Positions 10,632 through 20,421 of a DNA stretch of 64,000 nt are shown here, in pieces. Every line of letters starts with the position of its first letter. Position 1 is the first letter of the stretch. Position numbers and translations under genes: made by a program. The stretch comes from an uncultured Chitinophaga sp. (GTDB taxonomy: Bacteria; Bacteroidota; Bacteroidia; UBA7662): positions 32,673-96,672 of the forward strand of contig CAZNWC010000008.1 of the NCBI GenBank assembly GCA_964577055.1, read 5' to 3'. The notes below the pieces were generated by a model that was not told the origin of the DNA, made no database searches, and saw only the letters and a list, made by a program, of their open reading frames with translations.

Positions 10632-11663
10632 ATGGCTGCTATACTTGCCATTGAATCGAGCTGCGATGATACTTCAGCAGCCGTTATCATCAACGGAAAG
10701 TTGATGAGCAATCGTGTAGCGTCGCAGCAAATTCACGAGCAATACGGGGGTGTGGTGCCCGAATTGGCAAGCAGGGCCCACCACGAAAACCTTATTCCAG
10801 TGGTCAATGCAGCCTTGGAAGAGGCTGGAATTCCTATTGAAAAGGTGGATGCATTTGCTGTTACTTCCGGGCCCGGCCTCATGGGCTCGTTGTTGGTTGG
10901 CACTTCTTTCGTGAAAGGAATGGCCCTTTCGCTGCACAAACCTTTGCTGGCGGTGAATCACATGCACGCCCATATTTTGGCCCATTTCATCGAAGATCCG
11001 AAACCTGGTTTTCCATTTTTGTGCCTCACAGTTTCAGGAGGCCATACCCAACTGGTGTTGATGCGTGACTATTTCGATTTTGATATTTTGGGGCAAACAA
11101 TCGATGATGCAGCTGGTGAGGCCTTTGACAAAGCAGCGAAAATGCTCGGACTTCCTTATCCGGGTGGCCCGCTCATCGATCAATATGCAGCCCAGGGAAA
11201 CCCATTGGCTTTCAAATTCCCAATGCCCCAAATGCCTGATTATGATTTTAGCTTCAGTGGCTTGAAGACGGGCATCCTCTATTTTCTGCAACGACAACAA
11301 CAACAGCAGCCCAATTTTATCGTTGAAAATCTTGCAGATTTGTGCGCATCCATTCAACATACCATCATCCAGATATTGCTCCAAAAAGTGTTGGCGGTCA
11401 TGAAAGATCAGTCTTTGTCACGTTTGGCTATCGCCGGAGGAGTATCCGCGAACAAGGGATTACGTGCTGCCTTGCAAACGCTGGCACAAGAAAAGGGCTG
11501 GGAGTTGTTTGTGCCTGATTTACAGTATTGTACTGATAATGCGGGCATGGTTGCCATGGCTGCGCACTTGCAATTTGAACGTGCCATGTTTGACGATCAA
11601 ACTTTGGTGCCCGATCCCCGCTTATCACTCGTTCCCGCCGCCACGAAAAATATGCAGGCATGA
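10632..11663 (+). CDS. tsaD: tRNA N6-adenosine threonylcarbamoyltransferase
   Basis: 'LAIESSCDDT', 'GGVVPELASRAH', 'VSGGHT', 'DDAAGEAFDK', 'CTDNAGM'. Confidence 0.97.
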   Translation: MAAILAIESSCDDTSAAVIINGKLMSNRVASQQIHEQYGGVVPELASRAHHENLIPVVNAALEEAGIPIEKVDAFAVTSGPGLMGSLLVGTSFVKGMALSLHKPLLAVNHMHAHILAHFIEDPKPGFPFLCLTVSGGHTQLVLMRDYFDFDILGQTIDDAAGEAFDKAAKMLGLPYPGGPLIDQYAAQGNPLAFKFPMPQMPDYDFSFSGLKTGILYFLQRQQQQQPNFIVENLADLCASIQHTIIQILLQKVLAVMKDQSLSRLAIAGGVSANKGLRAALQTLAQEKGWELFVPDLQYCTDNAGMVAMAAHLQFERAMFDDQTLVPDPRLSLVPAATKNMQA

Positions 11664-13045
11664 AACAACTCTGTTTGATTGGGTTGTTTTGGCTGGGTAT
11701 ACAATCGGTTTATGCGCAACAAGCCAAATCAGTGCCTCCGGCCGAAGAACCAGTACTTACCACCCGTATTCTTTTTGTACTCGATGCATCCGGGAGTATG
11801 TCGGCAGCTTGGCAAGAAAACAGCAGATGGGAAGTCGCGATCCGCTTGTTGTCGAACATCATGGACAGTCTCGAACGCAGGCAAGGGGTGGAGGTGGCTT
11901 TGCGGGTTTACGGGCATCAAACCAGCAAGGATGGTGGCGACTGCAAGGATACCAGGCTCGAAGTGCCTTTTGGTCCCGAAAGTCAACAGCGTATCAAACA
12001 ACGTTTGAAAAGCATCAAGCCATTGGGCAATACCCCCATTGCATTTAGTCTTGCCCAGTCATCGAATGATTTTCCGACAGACCCTTTCAGCCGAAATGTT
12101 TTGATTTTGATTACCGATGGCTTGGAGAACTGCGGGGGGGATCCTTGCCAGGTATCCTATCAATTGCAGAAGCAGCACATTTTTTTAAAGCCATTTGTCA
12201 TTGGATTGGGACTTGACGCCACCATGAAAGATGCTTTTAACTGTGTGGGCACCTATTATGATGCCGAGCAAGAAGCTGCTTTCAACAAAGCGTTGACCAT
12301 GGTGGTGGCACAGGCACTCAACAGCACAACGGTGCAAGTAGATTTGTTGGACCAATTTTTATTGCCAACCGAAACCAATGTGGCTATGACCTTTTACGAC
12401 AGCGAATTGGGCATTGATCGTTATAATTTTTTGCATACGCTCAACAGCAAACGCCTGTCAGATACCCTTTTGCTCGACCCTGCTAACAAATACGATTTGG
12501 TCATCCACACCAATCCGGAAATTGTAAAACGCAATATCCGCTTGGATGCCGGTAAACATAATATCATCAAGGTAAACACACCTCAGGGTGCGCTCGACCT
12601 CGTGGTGACCGGTGTATCAGGTTACCGAAATTTGCGGGCCACGGTGCGAGATTCGCGCAGCGGTGTACTCATTGGCATGCATGAATTCAATACAACCAAG
12701 CGCTATTTGACGGGGACATACGACGTTGAGGTGCTTACCACACCCATCATGCGTTTCAATGAGGTGCAAATTGAGCAAGGCAAAACCTCGCGTATTCAAA
12801 TTCCACAACCCGGTATGGTGAATCTGGTCAGTAATACGGAAGGCTATGGTGCAATTTTCAGCACTGCGGCTGCCCGGCTGGAAAAAGTGCATGATCTGAA
12901 CCCAACGATGTCGACGGAAACCGTGGTGCTTCAACCTGGAAATTACAAGGTGGTATACCGCTCAAAAAACAGTAGCAGGGCTTTGTTTACCATCGAAAAA
13001 GAGTTTACAGTGACCAGCGGTGGTATCGTAACTGTTCGTTTTTAA
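11660..13045 (+). CDS. secreted von Willebrand factor A domain protein
   Basis: Signal peptide; MIDAS 'LDASGSM', 'TP', 'LITDG'; ATGA overlap with tsaD. Confidence 0.85.
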   Translation: MKQLCLIGLFWLGIQSVYAQQAKSVPPAEEPVLTTRILFVLDASGSMSAAWQENSRWEVAIRLLSNIMDSLERRQGVEVALRVYGHQTSKDGGDCKDTRLEVPFGPESQQRIKQRLKSIKPLGNTPIAFSLAQSSNDFPTDPFSRNVLILITDGLENCGGDPCQVSYQLQKQHIFLKPFVIGLGLDATMKDAFNCVGTYYDAEQEAAFNKALTMVVAQALNSTTVQVDLLDQFLLPTETNVAMTFYDSELGIDRYNFLHTLNSKRLSDTLLLDPANKYDLVIHTNPEIVKRNIRLDAGKHNIIKVNTPQGALDLVVTGVSGYRNLRATVRDSRSGVLIGMHEFNTTKRYLTGTYDVEVLTTPIMRFNEVQIEQGKTSRIQIPQPGMVNLVSNTEGYGAIFSTAAARLEKVHDLNPTMSTETVVLQPGNYKVVYRSKNSSRALFTIEKEFTVTSGGIVTVRF

Positions 13046-13061
13046 AAAAATCAGCTGGGCT

Positions 13062-13088
13062 TAAACGTCGGCTGGTATTTTAGGTCAT
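13062..13088 (+). promoter_or_regulatory. putative autoregulatory ECF promoter TAAAC-N17-GTCA
   Basis: TAAAC at 13062 and GTCA at 13084, upstream of the ECF gene; the same motif and spacing recur at 13673. Confidence 0.55.
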
Positions 13089-13099
13089 AGAGCTGTTTT

Positions 13100-13675
13100 A
13101 TGGAAGCCCAACACGAACCCCGACATGGAATTGAGGTGGACCGCGAGATTCTGACGCTTTTTGCCGATGAAGCTACGCGTGAACGGGCGTTTCGTTTGCT
13201 GATGAAGCACTACCAAAAACGGCTGTATTGGCATGTGCGAAAAATGGTCATTGACCACGATGAAGCTGATGATTTGGTTCAGGAAAGTTTTATCAGGGCA
13301 TGGAAAGGATTGGTGAAATTTAGGGATGAATCAGCTTTGTACACCTGGCTATATCGGATTGCTACCAATTTGTGTCTATCGCATTTGGCCAATAAGCGCA
13401 AGCGATTTTTTTTGCCCATTCATGACATTACACCCGAATTGGAAAGTCAACTGCAAGCAGCTTCAAGCATGGAATCATCTGGCCAAATCGAATACAGGTT
13501 ACAACAAGCACTTTTGAGGTTGCCCGATAAGCAACGCTTGGTTTTTAACTTGCGGTATTATGAAGAAATGCCTTATGAAGAAATGTCGCAGGTCTTGGGC
13601 ACTTCGGTTGGGGCGCTCAAGGCTTCTTACCACCATGCTTACAAAAAAGTTGAGCTTTTTTTAAGTCAACATTAA
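13100..13675 (+). CDS. ECF RNA polymerase sigma-70 factor
   Basis: Region 2 'DDLVQESFIRAW...LYTWLYRIATN'; region 4 'LPDKQRLVFNLRY...YEEMSQVLGTSVGALKASYH'. Confidence 0.95.
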   Translation: MEAQHEPRHGIEVDREILTLFADEATRERAFRLLMKHYQKRLYWHVRKMVIDHDEADDLVQESFIRAWKGLVKFRDESALYTWLYRIATNLCLSHLANKRKRFFLPIHDITPELESQLQAASSMESSGQIEYRLQQALLRLPDKQRLVFNLRYYEEMPYEEMSQVLGTSVGALKASYHHAYKKVELFLSQH

Positions 13676-13698
13676 ACCGTCACCATGAAGCGCAGTCA
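13673..13698 (+). promoter_or_regulatory. second TAAAC-N17-GTCA ECF-type promoter overlapping the sigma stop codon
   Basis: TAAAC at 13673 and GTCA at 13695. Confidence 0.5.
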
Positions 13699-14131
13699 GA
13701 AAGTCGTTGTGAATAAGCAAGAGCATTTCGGTTCTAAAGAGTTGCCATTTGAGGCTCCTTATAGCTATTTTGACCATTTGCCCAACCGGGTATGGTCGAA
13801 GTTGGAGCAAAAGCCCCAGTCAGCCTTTTGGATGCGGCCTGTTTTACGCTATAGTCTCAGCAGCTTGTTCATCGGTTTACTTGGATGGTGGTTTTGGTTG
13901 GGGTACCAACAGCCCGAAGCGGTAACGCAATCGGAATTAAACCAATTGGCAACAGCCGACATTGCCGCATATTTATTGCAGCACAGCGATCCGCAAGGCA
14001 TGATGCTGATGGCTCAGACAGAGCCTATTGCGTGGGATGAAATTTTGCCAGGTCATGTAGAATTGCAGCCTGAAGATGCCTTGCAATGGTTAGATGAATC
14101 AGAAATATTAGAAGCATGGGAGGAAATATGA
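13685..14131 (+). CDS. putative single-pass membrane anti-sigma factor
   Basis: Follows the ECF gene; 'PFEAPYSYFDHLP' N-terminal motif then a TM helix; the true start may be GTG 13709. Confidence 0.7.
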   Translation: MKRSQKVVVNKQEHFGSKELPFEAPYSYFDHLPNRVWSKLEQKPQSAFWMRPVLRYSLSSLFIGLLGWWFWLGYQQPEAVTQSELNQLATADIAAYLLQHSDPQGMMLMAQTEPIAWDEILPGHVELQPEDALQWLDESEILEAWEEI

Positions 14132-14604
14132 AAAAATGGTTACTTGCAATAGCGATGGTGCTGCCCCTTTCGGCAGTGCTTGCACAGCCAGGAGGAGGTC
14201 CGGCTGCAGCGGCCAGACAGGAGCAAGTGAAAGCCGCGAAAATCGGCTTCATTACCCGGGAACTGAACCTATCGGAGGACGAGGCACAAAAGTTTTGGCC
14301 CGTTTATAATAAGTTCGATAATGAGCGCGAAGCACATCGCCGGAAAATGATGGCACTTCGGCTTGAGGCCAATGCATCAGGAGAAAGCCTGGATGCCAAA
14401 GAGGCTGAAGCTGCTATTGAGCAATACCTGCAACTCCGACAGGAAGAGGTGGACCTCGAAAAGCGCTTTTACCAGGCAGTGAAAAAAGTACTTCCAGCCG
14501 AAAAGGTAGCCTTGTTATTCCAGGCAGAAAAGAGATTCCAGCGCGAACTGCTGCGCAACTTGCAGCAAAGACGCGATGATAGGGTGCCCATGCGCGGGCG
14601 TTAA
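14128..14604 (+). CDS. periplasmic Spy/CpxP-like helical protein (ECF-associated)
   Basis: Signal peptide MKKWLL..; 'KIGFITRELNLSEDEAQKFWPVYN'; ATGA overlap with the preceding stop. Confidence 0.75.
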   Translation: MKKWLLAIAMVLPLSAVLAQPGGGPAAAARQEQVKAAKIGFITRELNLSEDEAQKFWPVYNKFDNEREAHRRKMMALRLEANASGESLDAKEAEAAIEQYLQLRQEEVDLEKRFYQAVKKVLPAEKVALLFQAEKRFQRELLRNLQQRRDDRVPMRGR

Positions 14605-14645
14605 AGCATTCTTGGGTGCATTGCACCCAGGGTTTAGTTGGGTTG

Positions 14646-14677
14646 AGGGTTTGTTCGGGAGAACAAACCCTTTTTTT
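14646..14677 (+). terminator. Rho-independent terminator of the ECF operon
   Basis: AGGGTTTGTTC-GGGA-GAACAAACCCT followed by a T run. Confidence 0.85.
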
Positions 14678-14700
14678 ATATGCTATTTTTTATGTGGGCG

Positions 14701-14731
14701 TTGGTTGTATTGTTTTGAAATCCTATCTTTG
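14701..14731 (+). promoter_or_regulatory. housekeeping promoter of rpmH operon
   Basis: TTG at 14701, 20-nt spacer, TATCTTTG at 14724-14731. Confidence 0.7.
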
Positions 14732-14757
14732 CAATCCTGATTTAAAAAACGAGCGCA

Positions 14758-14916
14758 ATGAAAAGGACTTTCCAGCCTTCGGTACGTAAGAGAAGAAACA
14801 AGCATGGCTTCCGCAGCCGTATGGAAACTGCAAATGGTCGTGCCGTATTGGCTCGCCGCCGTGCCAAAGGCCGCAAGCGCCTGACCGTTTCCGACGAGAA
14901 GCGCCACAAGGCTTAA
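14758..14916 (+). CDS. rpmH: 50S ribosomal protein L34 (not in ORF track)
   Basis: Translates to [52 protein letters not shown]. Confidence 0.98.
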   Translation: MKRTFQPSVRKRRNKHGFRSRMETANGRAVLARRRAKGRKRLTVSDEKRHKA

Positions 14917-14953
14917 TGTAAGGGGCCCCGTGGTAGGTTAGCCCGGAGGAACC

Positions 14954-15346
14954 ATGAATACTTTTAGCAAAGAAGAGCGATTGTGCAGTCGAGCCTTAAT
15001 TGAAGGCTTGTTTGCCAATGGCTCTTCTTTTTTTATGTATCCGTTGGCGGTGCATTACCGAGTTGTGGAGACGGGCAACTTGCCCATGCCTGCGCAGGTG
15101 ACCTTCGCCGTATCGAAGAAACGATTCAAAAGGGCAGTTGATAGAAACCTATTGAAGCGTCGATTGAGAGAGGCCTACAGGTTAAACAAAGTCAAATTTT
15201 ACGAGGGACTAAACCAAAGCAATAAGCAAGTCGTATTTTTAGTTAGTTATTCAGCCAAGGATTTGCAGTCGTACCAGCGCTTATTGCCCAAAGTAGTGCA
15301 GGCACTGGAAAAATTGGTGGCCGAAGTAAATGCCCAAAACGCTTGA
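14954..15346 (+). CDS. rnpA: ribonuclease P protein component
   Basis: 'FSKEERL', RNR-type motif '[24 protein letters not shown]'. Confidence 0.95.
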   Translation: MNTFSKEERLCSRALIEGLFANGSSFFMYPLAVHYRVVETGNLPMPAQVTFAVSKKRFKRAVDRNLLKRRLREAYRLNKVKFYEGLNQSNKQVVFLVSYSAKDLQSYQRLLPKVVQALEKLVAEVNAQNA

Positions 15347-15552
15347 AATACTTGTTTATAGCTCTTATTCGCGTGTATCAATACGGTATTTCACCGATGT
15401 TGCCCATGAGCTGCAGGTATCAGCCGAGTTGTTCGGTTTACGGGGTAGAAGCCATCCAAAAGTACGGTGCTATCAAAGGGGGATGGCTTGCCGTTAAACG
15501 TATTGCAAGTTGTCATCCTTGGGGTGGACATGGGCACGACCCTGTGCCTTAA
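15343..15552 (+). CDS. yidD: membrane protein insertion efficiency factor
   Basis: 'YQYGISP...CRYQPSCS.Y...[13 protein letters not shown]'. Confidence 0.95.
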   Translation: MKYLFIALIRVYQYGISPMLPMSCRYQPSCSVYGVEAIQKYGAIKGGWLAVKRIASCHPWGGHGHDPVP

Positions 15553-15557
15553 AATTG

Positions 15558-15565
15558 TATATTTG
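15558..15565 (+). promoter_or_regulatory. -7 element TATATTTG, probable leaderless transcript
   Basis: Consensus match 5 nt before ATG 15571. Confidence 0.55.
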
Positions 15566-15570
15566 AACGT

Positions 15571-17238
15571 ATGAAATATTTCCGTAAGTTGCTCCAAGCG
15601 CCACGCAGATTAGCAGTGGCCTTATTTATCAGTGCAGCCTCTATTGGGTCGTTAGCCTTTGTAAATAATTATTTCGAGCTATCTAAGAACATAGAAATAT
15701 TTACTTCGCTGTATCGCGAAGTAAACACCTATTATGTTGATGAGATCGACCCTGCCAAATTCATGCGCACGGGCATCGACGCCATGCTAAAGAGCCTGGA
15801 TCCATATACAGATTACATCTCTGAGTCAGAAATAGAAGATTTTCGGTTCATGACCACCGGGCAATATGGTGGTATTGGGGCACTCATCTCGAAGAAGGAG
15901 GATGATGTCATCATTGCCGATCCGTACGAGGGTTTTCCCGCCCAAAAAGCCGATCTGAGGGCTGGCGATGTGCTTTTGGAAGTAGCAGGGGAATCAATGA
16001 AGGGCAAGAATACCGAAGACGTGAGCAAATTGCTCAAAGGGCAACCAAAGACCGAGGTGAAGGTCAAAATCAAGCGATTGGGAGAAGATAAGGTCCTCGA
16101 AAAAGTGCTCTTGCGCGAAGAAATCAAGGTAAATTCGGTTTCGTATCAAGGAATGCTTACCGACAAAGTCGGGTACATCAATTTGAGCGGATTTCGAACC
16201 AATGCTGCAAATGAAGTTCAGAAAGCCATTGTGGAATTGAAAAAGCAGGGCATGCAACAATTGGTTTTTGATTTGCGCGGTAATCTTGGCGGATCTCTCG
16301 ACGAGGCCATTCGCATTTGTGGCATGTTTGTGCCAAGGGGTAGCGTTGTTGTAGATACCAAAGGCAAGGTAAAGGAGTGGGACAAAACCTATCGTACTAC
16401 CAATGAGCCCATCGACGCGCAGATGCCCATGGTGGTATTGATAGATGGTTCATCAGCATCTGCTTCTGAAATTGTGTCGGGTGTGGTGCAAGACTATGAC
16501 CGCGGTGTGGTCATCGGTCAGAAGTCATTTGGCAAAGGCTTGGTACAAACGGTTCGCCCTTTGACCTACAATACCCAGGTGAAGATTACTACGGCCAAGT
16601 ATTACATCCCCAGTGGACGTTGTATTCAGGCCATTGATTATTCGGAAAAGGACGATCAAAACCGGCCTGTAAAAACACCGGATTCTTTGCGCACGGCATT
16701 CAAAACCCGAAATGGAAGGGTGGTATATGATGCGGGAGGAGTATCGCCCGATGTGACTACCGAGTTGCGTCAGATGAACAACATTACAGCTGTGCTTTTG
16801 GCCAAGCGTTTGATTTTCGATTATGCTACCAAATACAGAAGCGAGCACAACCAGTTGGCTGAACCTGAGAAATTTGAGGTAACTGAGGCCATCTATGCCG
16901 ATTTTTTGGCCTTTATCAAAGACAAGGACTACAGCTATACTACCGAAAGTGAAAAGGCTTTGGATGAATTTAAAGCCAAGGCTACCAAGGAAGAATATTT
17001 TGCGGGCATTGAACAAGAGTTTAATGCTTTATTAGAAAAGAAAAAGCGCGACAAAAGCCAGGATGTCATCAAGCACAAAGCCGAAATCAAGGCTATGCTC
17101 GAACAGGAAATTGCTTCGCGCTATTATTACCAGCAAGGCCGGCTTCGCGCTTCTTTTCGCGATGATGTTGAAGTGAAAGAAGCCTTGGCTCTTTTGGCCG
17201 ATGAGAACAGATATAAGTCCATTCTCAAGCTGAAATAA
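15571..17238 (+). CDS. S41 family carboxyl-terminal processing protease
   Basis: 'LDPYT', PDZ 'YGGIG', 'DLRGNLGG', 'SASASEIV', 'KSFGKGLVQ'. Confidence 0.95.
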   Translation: MKYFRKLLQAPRRLAVALFISAASIGSLAFVNNYFELSKNIEIFTSLYREVNTYYVDEIDPAKFMRTGIDAMLKSLDPYTDYISESEIEDFRFMTTGQYGGIGALISKKEDDVIIADPYEGFPAQKADLRAGDVLLEVAGESMKGKNTEDVSKLLKGQPKTEVKVKIKRLGEDKVLEKVLLREEIKVNSVSYQGMLTDKVGYINLSGFRTNAANEVQKAIVELKKQGMQQLVFDLRGNLGGSLDEAIRICGMFVPRGSVVVDTKGKVKEWDKTYRTTNEPIDAQMPMVVLIDGSSASASEIVSGVVQDYDRGVVIGQKSFGKGLVQTVRPLTYNTQVKITTAKYYIPSGRCIQAIDYSEKDDQNRPVKTPDSLRTAFKTRNGRVVYDAGGVSPDVTTELRQMNNITAVLLAKRLIFDYATKYRSEHNQLAEPEKFEVTEAIYADFLAFIKDKDYSYTTESEKALDEFKAKATKEEYFAGIEQEFNALLEKKKRDKSQDVIKHKAEIKAMLEQEIASRYYYQQGRLRASFRDDVEVKEALALLADENRYKSILKLK

Positions 17239-17239
17239 G

Positions 17240-18058
17240 TTGCCCGGATTCGAACAGCTGTTGGTTTTTGTTCTGTTCGGCATACTGAGCGGATTGATTG
17301 GAGGCTTTTTAGGCGTTGGGGGAGGCACTGTTTATGTGCCTGTGCTGAGTGCTTGGTTTGTTGCTTATTCTCATTTGGGGGTTCCTTTTGTGACCTTTAT
17401 TATCGGGAATTCGCTGTTTCTTACCCTCATTTCGGGAATAAGTGGTTCGTGGAAGCAATACCGCATGGAGAATTTCTATTGGCAAGAAGTAATGCTGGTT
17501 GGCTGTGCAGGTGCCTTTACAGCTTTGGCAACAAGCATATATCTCGAAAATGCTGTTTGGTTTGACAAAAAGACCTTCTCAACCCTGTTTACCCTCTTGC
17601 TGCTCCCGTTGGTCGTAAGAATGTTCTTCAAAAAAGAGGCAACACAAGCACCTGCACAAACTTTTGGTTGGAAACCATTGGTGCTTGTTGGACTGGCCAG
17701 TGGAATTGTTTCGGCCATGACAGGATTGGGTGGAGGGGTAGTGATGGTGCCTTTACTCGCTGATTTTCTTCGTTTTCCCCTTCGAAAAGCCTCCTCGGTA
17801 AGCTTGGGGGCGATTGTATTGATGGCCAGCACCACCGTGAGCTGGTATGCCTTTCGGTTTGAAGCACCTCAATTCAGTGAATGGCAAATAGGCATGCTTG
17901 CATTGCCAGCAGTGTTGCCCATGGGCTTGGGCGTGATGCTGGCAGCGCCATGGGGAGTACGGTTGGCTGGCTTGAGCAAGCCTATTTACACCAAGGCCTT
18001 TTTTCTGCTATTTTTTATCCTCGTAATATTGCAGATGCATTTTAATATTTTCGGTTAA
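17240..18058 (+). CDS. sulfite exporter TauE/SafE family protein
   Basis: Repeated 'GFLGVGGG..VP' / 'MTGLGGGVVMVP' motifs, about 8 TM helices. Confidence 0.9.
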   Translation: MPGFEQLLVFVLFGILSGLIGGFLGVGGGTVYVPVLSAWFVAYSHLGVPFVTFIIGNSLFLTLISGISGSWKQYRMENFYWQEVMLVGCAGAFTALATSIYLENAVWFDKKTFSTLFTLLLLPLVVRMFFKKEATQAPAQTFGWKPLVLVGLASGIVSAMTGLGGGVVMVPLLADFLRFPLRKASSVSLGAIVLMASTTVSWYAFRFEAPQFSEWQIGMLALPAVLPMGLGVMLAAPWGVRLAGLSKPIYTKAFFLLFFILVILQMHFNIFG

Positions 18059-18068
18059 TCGCTCATTT

Positions 18069-19748
18069 ATGAACATCATTCGTCTTTTGTATAGCGCACT
18101 TTTGTTGCTGAGTTGTTTGTCGCTTCAAGCCCAAATACCGGCCGAAGCCTTGGTTCCCCGCTTGCAATACCATGTTTATTACCTCGCGGATGATAGTTTG
18201 CAGGGTCGCCAAACCGGATCTGCCGGGGAGCGAAAGGCCGCCGATTATCTGATCAAGCAATTCACCGATATGGGCTTGCAGCCGGCTGGCGACAAGGGCG
18301 GCTGGCGTCAGGCCTTCAGTTTTACTGCGCGTCAGGCATATGGCAAGCAAAACGCATTGGTTTGGGGCAAATCAAAACAGAAGTGGCAAACCGACTTTTT
18401 TACCATTGCGCAAAGTGGCAATGGTGCCGTGAAAGCATCCATTGTGGATGTAGGGTTTGGCATTTCAAACCAGGCCTTGAAACATGACGACTACAGCGGT
18501 AAGACAGACCTTTCAGGCAAAATTTTTCTTATTCAGCTGAATAGTCCCGATGGTAGTAATCCACACGGTGCTTTTGGAGCGGACGCAGTTTTGGACCGTA
18601 AATTGCGTTTGGCGGCAGAAAAGGGGGCTGTTGGTGTGATATTTTACCCTGCCAGCAAGGAAGATGTACTTCCTGATAATAAGCTCGACAGAAGAACGCA
18701 GCAACAAGCACTTCCCGCCATTTGTTTGAGTTGGGAGGCCTGGGAGCGCCTGAGTGCAAAGCCGGTAAAGGAGGTTTCGCTTCAAACTGAGATTGTGCGC
18801 TACAGCGTAACTGGCAATAATGTGGTTGGCTATCTCGATAAGGGTGCCCCTTATACCTTGGTCATTGGCGCCCATTACGATCACCTTGGTCGAGCTGAAT
18901 ATGGAAGTTCGCTGCATGCTGGTGATACCGCCATTCACAATGGCGCCGATGACAATGCCAGCGGAACGGCTGGTCTGATAGAGTTGGCACGCTATTTCAG
19001 CACAAAAAAGCAATCGCAGTACAATTTTCTATTCATGGGCTTTTCGGGAGAAGAGTTGGGCCTATTGGGCTCGGCCTATTTTACCAAAAACCCCACTATT
19101 CCTTTGGATCAAGTTGCCGCCATGGTGAATATGGACATGATTGGCAGGCTTGATTCCAGCGAAAAACAATTAGGGGTACTGGGCACCGGAACATCACCTG
19201 TATGGGAGCCCTTGGTGAACAAACATGCAGCCGGTTTGCGTATCAAAGCCAGTGTGTCAGGCACAGGAGCTTCGGATCACACTTCGTTCTATTTGAAGGA
19301 TATTCCGGTGCTGCACATGTTTACAGGTACACACAGCGATTACCATAAACCTTCTGATGATGCCGATAAAATCAACTACATGGGCATGGCTGAAGTGGTG
19401 AACTTTATCATCCGCTTGCTTGAGGATATGCCAGCCAACGAAAAACCTGCATTTACAAAAACCAACGATGCCGAAAGCAGAAACGCACCAAGGTTTAAGG
19501 TTACATTGGGCATTATGCCCGACTATTTTTACGAAGGCCGTGGCATCAAAGTGGATGGCGTAACACCCGGGAGGGCTGCTGAAAAGGCAGGTGTCCAAAA
19601 AGGTGATTTGTTGCTCCAGTTGGGTGCGTATGAATTGGCAGATATGCAGTCCTACATGCAAGCATTGGCCGCATTTGGCAAGGGTGAAAAGACCAAGCTG
19701 CTCTTATTGCGGGCATCGGAAAAGATAGAGCTGGAAGTAAGCTTTTAA
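18069..19748 (+). CDS. M28 family aminopeptidase with PA and PDZ domains
   Basis: 'GAHYDHLG', 'GADDNASG', 'GEELGL', 'SDH', C-terminal PDZ 'TLGIMPDY'. Confidence 0.92.
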   Translation: MNIIRLLYSALLLLSCLSLQAQIPAEALVPRLQYHVYYLADDSLQGRQTGSAGERKAADYLIKQFTDMGLQPAGDKGGWRQAFSFTARQAYGKQNALVWGKSKQKWQTDFFTIAQSGNGAVKASIVDVGFGISNQALKHDDYSGKTDLSGKIFLIQLNSPDGSNPHGAFGADAVLDRKLRLAAEKGAVGVIFYPASKEDVLPDNKLDRRTQQQALPAICLSWEAWERLSAKPVKEVSLQTEIVRYSVTGNNVVGYLDKGAPYTLVIGAHYDHLGRAEYGSSLHAGDTAIHNGADDNASGTAGLIELARYFSTKKQSQYNFLFMGFSGEELGLLGSAYFTKNPTIPLDQVAAMVNMDMIGRLDSSEKQLGVLGTGTSPVWEPLVNKHAAGLRIKASVSGTGASDHTSFYLKDIPVLHMFTGTHSDYHKPSDDADKINYMGMAEVVNFIIRLLEDMPANEKPAFTKTNDAESRNAPRFKVTLGIMPDYFYEGRGIKVDGVTPGRAAEKAGVQKGDLLLQLGAYELADMQSYMQALAAFGKGEKTKLLLLRASEKIELEVSF

Positions 19749-19749
19749 C

Positions 19750-20421
19750 ATGGCCCGATTGCTATTCTTGGATACCGCCACTGCCAATTGCCACGTGGGT
19801 TTGGGGGATGAAAATGGAATTGTTGTCAGCAAAGTAGCTTCTGAAGCCTTCAAGCATGCCGAAGTGCTCACCAAACTCATTGATGCATGCATGCAGGAGG
19901 CAAATTGGGAATATGCCGGACTTGATGCCGTTGTCATAACAGGAGGACCAGGGTCCTACACTGGCTTAAGAATTGGTGCTTCAGTTGCCAAAGGCATTTG
20001 CTTTGCGGTGCAAGCGAAACTGATTGCATTGAACACCCTGGAAGTCATGGCCAAAGGATTTACTTTGGCTGAACCTACCTACCAAGGCTGTATTGTCCCC
20101 ATGATTGATGCCCGTAGGATGGAAGTATTTACGGCCGTTTACTTGCATTCAGGTGATTCAATTCGTCGGCCTGCCCCTTTGATTTTAGACCAATACGCGT
20201 TCGATGATTTGCCCAACTTGGATGTGGCATTTATAGGCGATGGTGCTGAAAAGTTCAAAGCACTTTATGGTAAAAGTGCACGTTTCGAAAATGCCTTTTT
20301 CTTGGGGCCTGATGCGATGTTTGCCCTGGCGCAAGACGCCTTTGCGCTTGGGAAGTTTGAATCAATTGCGTATTATCGGCCTGATTATCACAAGGATTTT
20401 TATTCAGCAATAGCAAAATAA
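19750..20421 (+). CDS. tsaB: tRNA threonylcarbamoyladenosine biosynthesis protein TsaB
   Basis: 'LDTAT', 'GPGSYTGLRIG', 'PMIDARRMEVF'. Confidence 0.95.
   Translation: MARLLFLDTATANCHVGLGDENGIVVSKVASEAFKHAEVLTKLIDACMQEANWEYAGLDAVVITGGPGSYTGLRIGASVAKGICFAVQAKLIALNTLEVMAKGFTLAEPTYQGCIVPMIDARRMEVFTAVYLHSGDSIRRPAPLILDQYAFDDLPNLDVAFIGDGAEKFKALYGKSARFENAFFLGPDAMFALAQDAFALGKFESIAYYRPDYHKDFYSAIAK

Noticed and set aside
11288-11309. Short poly-Gln tract in TsaD
   Set aside because: Mixed CAA/CAG in-frame run in a variable loop; too short to indicate phase variation.
14683-14907. 74-aa minus-strand ORF
   Set aside because: Antisense shadow of rpmH.
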